Shown here: positions 8,146 to 15,049 of the stretch, in pieces
How the letters are laid out: every line of letters starts with the position of its first letter
Position numbering within the stretch: position 1 is the first letter of the stretch
Source of the DNA: Candidatus Odinarchaeia archaeon
GTDB lineage: Archaea; Asgardarchaeota; Odinarchaeia; Odinarchaeales; Odinarchaeaceae
DNA length: 15,216 bases
Assembly (NCBI GenBank): GCA_029856525.1
Contig: JAHQXC010000028.1
Location: 1 to 15,216 of the forward strand
Reading direction: 5' to 3'
Program-made: the position numbers and the translations under genes
Notes under the pieces: model-generated
Told to the model about the DNA's origin: nothing
The model's database searches: none
Seen by the model: the letters and a program-made list of their open reading frames with translations, nothing else

Positions 8146-8850
8146 ATGCTAGAGAATTTTAGAGTAGTACTTGTTGAACCGGAAAGCAGCGGAAATATAG
8201 GTTTCATAGCTAGATTAATGAAGAATTTCGGTTTAAAAGACCTAGTACTAGTGAATCCTATCGCGAAAGTAAACGAGGAGAGCGTTAATTTTTCAGCTCA
8301 CGCTGTAGACATTATAAATAATATTAAAATAGTAGATAGCTTGGAGGATGCTTTAGAAGACGCTGATCTGATTATAGGGACAACCTCCATACCCGGCTCG
8401 GATTATAATCCTATAAGAACATGCCTATCCTCATATGAATTATGTAAAATGGATTTCGCTGAAAAAAGTATTATAGCACTAGTTTTCGGAAGAGAGAGCA
8501 GAGGGTTAACGAATGAAGAGTTAAATCAATGCGATTTCACGGTTACAATACCGGCTGAACATAGCTATCCAACGTTGAATATTTCTCACGCTGCTTCAAT
8601 AATATTTTATGAATTACGTAAAGTTAAAGCTGAAAGAGGCTTCCAAAAAAGCAGGTTAGCTAGCAAAATCGAGAAGGAAATTATACTAAATTATTTCAAC
8701 GAGATTTTAAGTAAAATCGGATACCCTAGGGTTAAATTTCACATAGCGCGTAGAATAGTTAGAAACATATTCAGCCGGGCTTTAATCAGCGGACGTGAGG
8801 CGCATACTCTAATAGGGATCCTGAGACGGATTTCAGAAAATCTCAGCTAA
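8146..8850 (+). CDS. trmJ: TrmJ-family tRNA (position 32 2'-O)-methyltransferase, SPOUT
   Basis: VVLVEP..GNIG..ARLMKNFG, IGTT, VFGRESRGLTNEEL and YPTLNISHA motifs. The start could be 8122, 8131 or 8146; a TATA-like box at 8111-8118 fits a leaderless start at 8146. Confidence 0.88.
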   Translation: MLENFRVVLVEPESSGNIGFIARLMKNFGLKDLVLVNPIAKVNEESVNFSAHAVDIINNIKIVDSLEDALEDADLIIGTTSIPGSDYNPIRTCLSSYELCKMDFAEKSIIALVFGRESRGLTNEELNQCDFTVTIPAEHSYPTLNISHAASIIFYELRKVKAERGFQKSRLASKIEKEIILNYFNEILSKIGYPRVKFHIARRIVRNIFSRALISGREAHTLIGILRRISENLS

Positions 8851-9021
8851 TTAGAGAAACATAGAAGCCTACCGTATATCGATTGGAATAAGCTAATCTC
8901 TAGCAGAGAAGTAACAGCTTATACTCTTAAAGCATGTTGAAAAACCACTCGACCAGTGCGCTAATTTAAAGGTGTTTAGCTTTCAAACTATACTTTAACG
9001 AATAGAAGCGGTAGCTGAAAA

Positions 9022-9201
9022 GTGAACTACCCCTCCTTATCGGATGGGGTTTCCTGCTTCAATGATGAAGCCTGCCGGTATTTTCGACCGGTAGAGGCCC
9101 CGTCTCAGCCCGCATCTCTATCCTTTTTTACACTTGAAAACCGTAAATACTTTTCAGCTTTCAACCCCTAGCTTTCGCAGGGTGACTTCCAGCCGATAAA
9201 G
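9022..9201 (-). mobile_element. Element E2: 180-bp non-coding IS200/IS605-type mini-element (LE, promoter, about 100-nt scaffold, RE)
   Basis: RE reads GAAGCAGGAAA-CCCC-A-TCC-GATAA-GGA-GGGG-TAGTTCAC. LE reads TTTAA|CTTTATCGGCTGGAAG plus a CCCTGC-GAAA-GC-T-AGGG hairpin. Colinear with E3 end to end. The LE boundary is uncertain by about 3 nt. Confidence 0.88.
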
Positions 9202-9501
9202 TTAAAAGCCGAGTATTTTTCTAGCTTCAGGGGACATCATTTCAGGAGACCATGGGGGATCCCAAACCACTTGAACCTCTACTTTACCGATACCTTTAAT
9301 ATTACTCAATTTATTACGAACCTCGTTAGCTATTAAAGAGTGTAACGGACATCCTGGAGCTGTTAAAGTCATTTTCACATAAACATCCTTGCCGTCTTTA
9401 ATCTGAACATCGTATATTAAACCTAAATCAACAATATTAACAGGTATTTCGGGATCATAACAGGTTTTTAAAACTTTTATTACTTCCTCTTTTGAAATCA
9501 T
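9202..9501 (-). CDS. DUF59/MIP18 (SufT/PaaD-like) Fe-S cluster assembly protein
   Basis: 99 aa with DPEIPVNIVDLGLIY, TAPGCP and PPWSPEMM. SD GGTGGT at 9514-9509. Confidence 0.93.
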   Translation of the reverse strand: MISKEEVIKVLKTCYDPEIPVNIVDLGLIYDVQIKDGKDVYVKMTLTAPGCPLHSLIANEVRNKLSNIKGIGKVEVQVVWDPPWSPEMMSPEARKILGF

Positions 9502-9544
9502 TTAAGCAACCACCGTTAATTTTAAGTTATTTTATAGTAGCTTA

Positions 9545-9764
9545 GTGAATCACTCCAGCTCTCATAAACGGCTTCCGCTTCATAGAGAAGACTCACCGCG
9601 AGCGCAACCCGGAGGGAGTTGAATGCTACTCTTCGCCGGCTTCTCAGAGCTAACACAGCTCTAATAATCCTCTATGAGAGTGGAGCTCTCACAAAATATA
9701 ATGTAACCACGTCTTTATAAGAGTATCAGCCCCAAGACTGAGATGGGGATTCTAGCCTATAAAG
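9545..9764 (-). mobile_element. Element E4: 220-bp IS200/IS605-type mini-element with a remodelled RNA scaffold
   Basis: LE TTTAAA|CTTTATAGGCTAGAAT-CCCCA..TGGGG-CTGA is homologous to the E2/E3 LE. TTATAAAG at 9720-9713. RE-like TGAAGCGGAAGCC...GGAG-TGATTCAC. GTGAGTC (9596-9590) is complementary to the terminal GATTCAC (9551-9545). Confidence 0.72.
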
Positions 9765-9974
9765 TTTAAATATTGCAGCCGCAGCCTCAAAGAAAATTAG
9801 ATTAAGCGCATAGAATAACTCTGAAGCTTCTATATTATACTAATAAACTCCGACAAAGTTAAATATAGTAATGCATAACGTTAAGAATACTTAACTTGAG
9901 TGAAAAATGGAATGCTCGGTTAAATCACTATTATATTTCAAAAAACTCTAGTAGTCAATGCAGGTGAATTTAAT

Positions 9975-10505
9975 ATGCCTAAAAGACCTGGACATTGTTA
10001 TAGCAAGCTAGAGCCTAGACCATACGTGAAAAAAAAGACACGTAAGAAGAAAGAGCTAGTTAGAGGGGTCCCGGACAGTAAGATTCAAGTATTCGAGATG
10101 GGTGCGAAAGGGGTAAAATTCCCTGTTTATGTTCATCTCGTAGCTAAAGAAGCTGGACAGATAAGACATTTCGCGCTTGAAGCCGCCCGTGTCTCAGCTA
10201 ACCGTCTTCTAGAGAAGCAGGCAGTAAGCAAAGAGAGCTATCATTTGAAGGTTAGAGTTTATCCTCACCATGTTTTACGTGAAAATAAAATGATGGCTTT
10301 TGCTGGAGCGGATAGACTTCAAGACGGTATGAGAAGAGCTTTCGGTAAACCTATAGGAACAGCTGCGAGGGTTAGAGCTAACCAGGAGATTATTACTATA
10401 GGAGTTGTCCCACAGCTTCTAGAAACCGCTAAATTAGCTCTTAAGAGAGCTGCGGCGAAGATCCCTCTCCCATGCTCGATAGTAGTTACATCAAGTAACG
10501 ATTAA
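9975..10505 (+). CDS. rpl10e: 50S ribosomal protein L10e/L16 (uL16)
   Basis: RGVPDSKI, IRHFALEAARV, RVYPHHVLRENK and ADRLQDGMRRAFGKPIGTAARV motifs. SD AGGTGA. Confidence 0.97.
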   Translation: MPKRPGHCYSKLEPRPYVKKKTRKKKELVRGVPDSKIQVFEMGAKGVKFPVYVHLVAKEAGQIRHFALEAARVSANRLLEKQAVSKESYHLKVRVYPHHVLRENKMMAFAGADRLQDGMRRAFGKPIGTAARVRANQEIITIGVVPQLLETAKLALKRAAAKIPLPCSIVVTSSND

Positions 10506-10510
10506 CACTA

Positions 10511-10556
10511 TATTTTTATTTTTTATAAAAGATTAGCTGATTTAAAAAATATTTTT
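10511..10556. terminator. Oligo-T terminator zone between convergent rpl10e and ppsA
   Basis: T-runs at about 10511-10524 on the plus strand and A-runs at 10527-10530 and 10544-10549 (T-runs on the minus strand). Confidence 0.5.
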
Positions 10557-12951
10557 ATGAGAGGATTTTCCAGAAGTCTAGTTCATCCTCATCTAATCCG
10601 CTTATTCTAAGCTTAGATTTACCTGTAACCTTCTCTAACGCGAGTTTCCTTTCAATTTGAGCTACGTGCATCCTAGTTGATATAACAGCGTCAGGGTTCA
10701 CGCTTATACTTGTAACGCCGAGTCTTACAAGAAATTCAGCATATTCAGGGTAAACGCTGGGAGCTTGACCGCATATGGAAACAGTTACACCGTATTTTTT
10801 ACAAACCTTTGTAACATAATTTATAGCTCTTAACACAGCTATATCCCGTTCATCATAGATCTCTTGTACACTAGCATCGTTTCTGTCAACTCCTAAAATT
10901 AACATAGTCAGATCATTAGAGCCTATGCTAATACCGTTAATGCCTTCAGCGCATAATTTATCTATGATGAAAACAGCTGATGGGACTTCTAGCATTATCC
11001 AAAGCCAGAAGTCATGATCCTGCTCCGGGTTTAATCCTTCACTGTAAATTATCTCTTTGACCTTTCTAAACTCTCCTATAGTTCTAACAAAAGGTATCAT
11101 TAAATGAACGTTTTTTAGATTATATTTTTCTCTCACTCTTTTAATCGCTGCTAACTCTAATTTGAATATCTCCGGTTCCTTAGTGTACCTAAACTGGCCT
11201 CTGTAACCGATCATAGGATTAGGCCCGATATGCCCGGCTTCGCGCTCATATTTTTCACCGCCTTCTAGAGCTAAAAATTCATCAGGTTTAAAATCTAAGG
11301 CTCTGTATATAACCGGTTTAGGATGGAAAGCTTGAGCTACCATCCTTATGCTTTCAGCGAATTTATCAATCATTAGTTCAGCGCCACCCTCCTCTATTAG
11401 AAGCTTAGGATGCTTCCCTATTGAGAGCATCATATGCTCAGCTCTTAGAAGACCTACACCGTCAGCTAAGGTTTCACGCGCTACTTGCTCGGCTTTTTCA
11501 GGTATTGATAGATTGACATAGATTTTTGTAGCTGTAATAGGCTGCTCGAAAACTGTCCCTGTTACAGATGCTTTCCGCTCTTCTATTCCTTGAACTAAAC
11601 CATCGTATACAAATCCTTTGCTGCCGTCAACCGTCACTAACTGAGTATTTTTTAAAATAGTTGTCGCATTTCCAGCTCCTACAACACATGGAACACCTAG
11701 TTCTCTACTGACGATCGCGGCGTGACATGTATAGCCGCCTTCATCGGTCACTATAGCACTCGCCTTCTTCATAGCTGGAACCCATGAAGGCGTAGTCATT
11801 TTTGTAACTAATACATCCCCGTTCTGAATTTTATTAATTTCACTAGAATCTAAAATTATGTTAACCTTACCTGCGCCAACACCAGGGCTTACAGGCAAAC
11901 CTTTAACTAGAATTTTACTCTCGGAAACCGCTTGAACAGCCTCTGTTTTTTTAACACCTTGAGCCCCGTAAACTGTTTCAGGTCTAGCTTGAAGAATATA
12001 TATTTTATGAGTTTCTCTATCTATAGCCCATTCAATATCCATCGGGATACCGTAGTGTTCTTCTATTTTTTTAGCTATACGCGCCAATTCTAAAACATAT
12101 TCATCTGAGATACATAATTTCTCCTGCTCCTCTTTAGGAACAGGGACTGTAACCACTTTACCTGTTTTAATATCGATAATATCTTTTGTAGCTTTCTTAC
12201 CGATCTGTTTTTCAACTATCCTCATAGTGTTCTTGTCTACGATGAATGTGTCAGGTGTTACAGATCCGCTTACCACCGCCTCACCGAGGCCGTAGCTTGC
12301 GTCTATTAATATTTTAGTTGGGTCACCTGTAACGGGATGTATAGTAAACATAACTCCCTGAGCTTCAGGATCCGGGGCAACCATCTCCTGAACGGCGACG
12401 CTTATCAGTATTTTTTCATGATCGAATCCTTTCTCATGCCGGTAGGATATAGCTCTAGGTGTGTAAAGTGAACTCCAGCATTTCATTACCGCTTCTATTA
12501 AATGATCTTTATCAACATTCAGAAAAGTATCTTGTTGACCTGCGAAGCTGGCTCCTGGAAGATCTTCAGCTGTAGCGCTTGATCGAATAGATAAGCGGAC
12601 GTTTTTATGAGTTAAACTTTCCAGCCGATTATACGCTTCTAGTATCGCCTGCTTTATTTCAGGGAACATTGGAGTTGACTCGATTAAAGTTCTTATCTCG
12701 CGTGAAATTTGATTAAGCTTGTTAAGATCAGATAAATCTATGTTTTTCAAAGCTGATTTTATTTTATTTAACAATCCAGACTCAGTGATGAATCTTTTAT
12801 ACGCGTAAGCTGTTACAGCGAAGCCTTTAGGTGTAGGAGCTCCAGCTCGAGTGAGCTCGCCTAAATTAGCGCATTTCCCTCCCACGTAAGGTATGTCTGA
12901 TTTTGAGAGTTCATCGAACCATAATATGAGCTTCTTTGACTTATCAGACAT
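10555..12951 (-). CDS. ppsA: Phosphoenolpyruvate synthase (pyruvate, water dikinase)
   Basis: 798 aa with VGGKCANLGEL, RSSATAEDLPGASFAGQQDT, phospho-His motif GGYTCHAAIVSRELG, NPMIGYRG, SIGSNDLT and ICGQAPS. SD AGGTGG. Confidence 0.97.
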   Translation of the reverse strand: MSDKSKKLILWFDELSKSDIPYVGGKCANLGELTRAGAPTPKGFAVTAYAYKRFITESGLLNKIKSALKNIDLSDLNKLNQISREIRTLIESTPMFPEIKQAILEAYNRLESLTHKNVRLSIRSSATAEDLPGASFAGQQDTFLNVDKDHLIEAVMKCWSSLYTPRAISYRHEKGFDHEKILISVAVQEMVAPDPEAQGVMFTIHPVTGDPTKILIDASYGLGEAVVSGSVTPDTFIVDKNTMRIVEKQIGKKATKDIIDIKTGKVVTVPVPKEEQEKLCISDEYVLELARIAKKIEEHYGIPMDIEWAIDRETHKIYILQARPETVYGAQGVKKTEAVQAVSESKILVKGLPVSPGVGAGKVNIILDSSEINKIQNGDVLVTKMTTPSWVPAMKKASAIVTDEGGYTCHAAIVSRELGVPCVVGAGNATTILKNTQLVTVDGSKGFVYDGLVQGIEERKASVTGTVFEQPITATKIYVNLSIPEKAEQVARETLADGVGLLRAEHMMLSIGKHPKLLIEEGGAELMIDKFAESIRMVAQAFHPKPVIYRALDFKPDEFLALEGGEKYEREAGHIGPNPMIGYRGQFRYTKEPEIFKLELAAIKRVREKYNLKNVHLMIPFVRTIGEFRKVKEIIYSEGLNPEQDHDFWLWIMLEVPSAVFIIDKLCAEGINGISIGSNDLTMLILGVDRNDASVQEIYDERDIAVLRAINYVTKVCKKYGVTVSICGQAPSVYPEYAEFLVRLGVTSISVNPDAVISTRMHVAQIERKLALEKVTGKSKLRISGLDEDELDFWKILS

Positions 12952-12995
12952 TTAAACCACCTTAAACAGAATACCAATTTTATACTTTTATACAA

Positions 12996-13010
12996 ATATA
13001 TATTTTTTAC
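12996..13010 (-). promoter_or_regulatory. BRE-TATA candidate for ppsA (GTAAAAAA-TATATAT)
   Basis: About 45 nt upstream of the ATG, which puts the expected start site upstream of the SD. Confidence 0.5.
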
Positions 13011-13020
13011 TATTCAGATA

Positions 13021-13196
13021 GTGAACTACCCTTATCGGAAGGGGGTTTCCTGTTTTAATGATGAAGCTTACTGGTGTGTTTCGCCCAGTAGAGGCTCCGT
13101 CTCAGCCCCGCATCTTTATCTTTTTTGAAGATTTGGAATTATAAATATCTTCTGGCTTCAGCCTCCAGCTTTAGCAGGGGCTTCCCGCCGATGAAG
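13021..13196 (-). mobile_element. Element E3: 176-bp sister of E2 with a shortened RE hairpin
   Basis: LE TTTAA|CTTCATCGGCGGGAAG-CCCCTGC-TAAA-GC-TGGAGG-CTGA; TATTTATA at 13147-13140; RE GGAAACCCCCTTCCGATAAGGGTAGTTCAC. Aligns to E2 over its full length. Confidence 0.88.
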
Positions 13197-13224
13197 TTAA
13201 AATGAGAGGATTAGAAAAGTTCGC

Positions 13225-13659
13225 TCATAGATTATATGAGAGGAGAATGCTTTTACTAGTATTAGTGGTTTTGAAAAACTTTAAAATATTCTCTGAGGGG
13301 AACTCGCCTGATAGACATCTTATAATGAGAGAGCTGTTAACTTTTATCGAGAGTGTGAGAAGATCCATTATAATTTCTATAGGCGGTCTGATACTGTAAA
13401 TTAAATCAGTATCATAGTAATTCTCGAGATGAGGGTTGCTTACGTCGTCGAGTATTATTTTTAAATCAGTTTTTTCATTGATAAACTCGCTTACCTCTAA
13501 TGATCTATCTACTACTAGTATTTCTGTTTTAGGATACAGTGCTTTCAGTTTCAAAGCTATATCAGGATAGAAGCCTACTCCGATTTCAACTATTTTTTTA
13601 GGCGAAGTAAATCTTTCCGATATAAAGTTTATTATTTCATCTTGGTCTAGTAAAGGCAC
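13225..13659 (-). CDS. UPF0146 family protein (Rossmann, methyltransferase-like)
   Basis: GTG start 4 nt after the eno stop. KIVEIGVG, DD..P and DLIYSIRPP.E are family-like motifs. Confidence 0.8.
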   Translation of the reverse strand: MPLLDQDEIINFISERFTSPKKIVEIGVGFYPDIALKLKALYPKTEILVVDRSLEVSEFINEKTDLKIILDDVSNPHLENYYDTDLIYSIRPPIEIIMDLLTLSIKVNSSLIIRCLSGEFPSENILKFFKTTNTSKSILLSYNL

Positions 13660-13663
13660 GGTC

Positions 13664-14962
13664 TCAGCACTCTATTAAACCGATTTTATTAGTAGGATAA
13701 ACCGAGTTATCTCCAAGCTGCTCTTCTATTCTTATCAGTTGATTATATTTTGCAGTCCGCTCGGATCTGGCCGGTGCGCCGCTTTTAATTTGACCGCATG
13801 AAAGAGCGACAGCTATATCCGCTATACTAGTATCCTCGGTTTCACCTGATCGATGACTGACCATAACAGAGTACCTGTTTTCAAAAGCTTTTCTAGCAGT
13901 GTTAAAAGCTTCAGTTAAAGTACCGATCTGGTTTATTTTAAGTAGTATACTGTTAGCGGCGCCTACTCTTATCCCTTCAGTGAGACGTTTAATATTCGTT
14001 GTGAAAAGATCATCCCCGATAATCTGTACTCTATTATTTAATTCACGTGTTAAATCTCTGAATAATTCAAACTGATTTTCTTCAAACGGATCCTCTATTG
14101 AAATAACCTTATATTTTTTATAAAGCTGCTTATAGTAATCTATCATTTGAAGGGGGGTGAATCTCTCACCATCTATATTATAATAGCCGTTTTCATAGAA
14201 CACGCTAGCCGCAGCGTCTATCGCTAAACTGATATCTTTTGCAACTCTGTAACCTGACTCCTCTATCGCAGAGGAGATGGCTTCAAGCGCCTCAGAGGTG
14301 GATTTCATAGAAGGAGCGAACCCGCCTTCATCTCCTATATTTTTAGCGGTAACACCGTATTTTTTAACCAGAATATTTTTCAAAGTATGATAAACCTCAG
14401 AGCCCATACGAATAGCTTCAGAGCAGGATTTTGCACCTGTAGGCGCGATAAGAAACTCTTGAATTGATAATTTATTACCTGCATGAGCCCCTCCGTTTAT
14501 TATATTCATGAATGGAACAGGAAGAATATATTTACCAGAGTTTACGCGCAGATACTCGAATAATGGAACATTCAGAGAATTAGCAGCTGCGTGAGCTGAA
14601 GCTAAAGATACGCCGAGTATAGCGTTCGCGCCTAGATTACTTTTATTCTCGGTTCCATCTAATTCTATAAGAAGGCGGTCTATTTCACTCTGAGCTAATA
14701 CGTTAAAGCCTAAAAGTTTTTTTGAAATCACGTCGTTAACGTTTCTCACAGCTTTCAACACGCTTTTACCATGGTAATTTCTCAAATCACCATCTCGTAG
14801 TTCAACAGCCTCGTATTTGCCTTTAGATGCACCAGCGGGAACAGCGGCTCTCCCTAAAGCGCCTGTATCAGTTACAACATCGACTTCAATCGTCGGGTTA
14901 CCTCTAGAATCTAATATTTGCCGGGCGTGAACTCTTTTTATAGTTATAGGCTTATCAATCAT
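13664..14962 (-). CDS. eno: Enolase (phosphopyruvate hydratase)
   Basis: DSRGNPTIE, GDEGGFAP, IEDPF, GDDLF, VSHRSGETED and ARSERTAKYNQLIRIEE motifs. SD GAGGTG. Confidence 0.98.
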   Translation of the reverse strand: MIDKPITIKRVHARQILDSRGNPTIEVDVVTDTGALGRAAVPAGASKGKYEAVELRDGDLRNYHGKSVLKAVRNVNDVISKKLLGFNVLAQSEIDRLLIELDGTENKSNLGANAILGVSLASAHAAANSLNVPLFEYLRVNSGKYILPVPFMNIINGGAHAGNKLSIQEFLIAPTGAKSCSEAIRMGSEVYHTLKNILVKKYGVTAKNIGDEGGFAPSMKSTSEALEAISSAIEESGYRVAKDISLAIDAAASVFYENGYYNIDGERFTPLQMIDYYKQLYKKYKVISIEDPFEENQFELFRDLTRELNNRVQIIGDDLFTTNIKRLTEGIRVGAANSILLKINQIGTLTEAFNTARKAFENRYSVMVSHRSGETEDTSIADIAVALSCGQIKSGAPARSERTAKYNQLIRIEEQLGDNSVYPTNKIGLIEC

Positions 14963-15010
14963 CTCGTTTAGACACCTCTCAAATTTAATGAGATTCTGGG
15001 ATAATACATA

Positions 15011-15049
15011 GGTTGCCGCCTCCGCTTTAAAGCTGTGTTCCCCGGTTTT
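15011..15049 (-). repeat. Possible decayed solo left end of the E2/E3 family
   Basis: TTAA-AAAACCGGGGAACACAGCTTTAAAGCGGAGGCGGCAACC resembles the E3 LE (GGGAAG..GC-TAAAGC-TGGAGGC-TGAAGCC). No RE follows. Confidence 0.3.

Noticed and set aside
8286-8298. TTAAT-TTTTCAGCT in trmJ resembling the E2 TAM plus guide seed
   Set aside because: Only 9 nt match and the TAM is out of register by one base. A similar 9-10 nt match at 15189-15198 also lacks a TAM.
8851-8940. 29 open codons in frame after the trmJ stop
   Set aside because: The stop is TAA with no read-through context, TrmJ is already full length, and this length is compatible with chance.
9553-9690. Minimal RNase P/MRP-like RNA (P1, P2, P3 and a bulged P4-like pairing AAG-C-CGGC/GCCG-UUU in the right order)
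   Set aside because: Several near-universal positions differ (bulged C in place of U, A-to-G changes in the CR-I, CR-IV and CR-V equivalents). The segment lies between an LE homologous to E2/E3 and an RE-like TCAC end, so IS200/IS605 origin explains it more simply. A significant cmsearch hit to RNase P or MRP models would reopen this.
9726-9748. H-type pseudoknot (TCAG/CTGA with CCCCA/TGGGG)
   Set aside because: The loops are sterically too short, and the CCCCA/TGGGG stem is explained as the E4 left-end hairpin.
3820-13196. CRISPR array or tRNA genes among the palindromic segments
   Set aside because: There are no regularly spaced direct repeats, no cas genes and no cloverleaf or T-loop consensus.
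13202-13399. 65-aa plus-strand ORF
   Set aside because: It is antisense to the UPF0146 gene and has no recognisable motif or SD.
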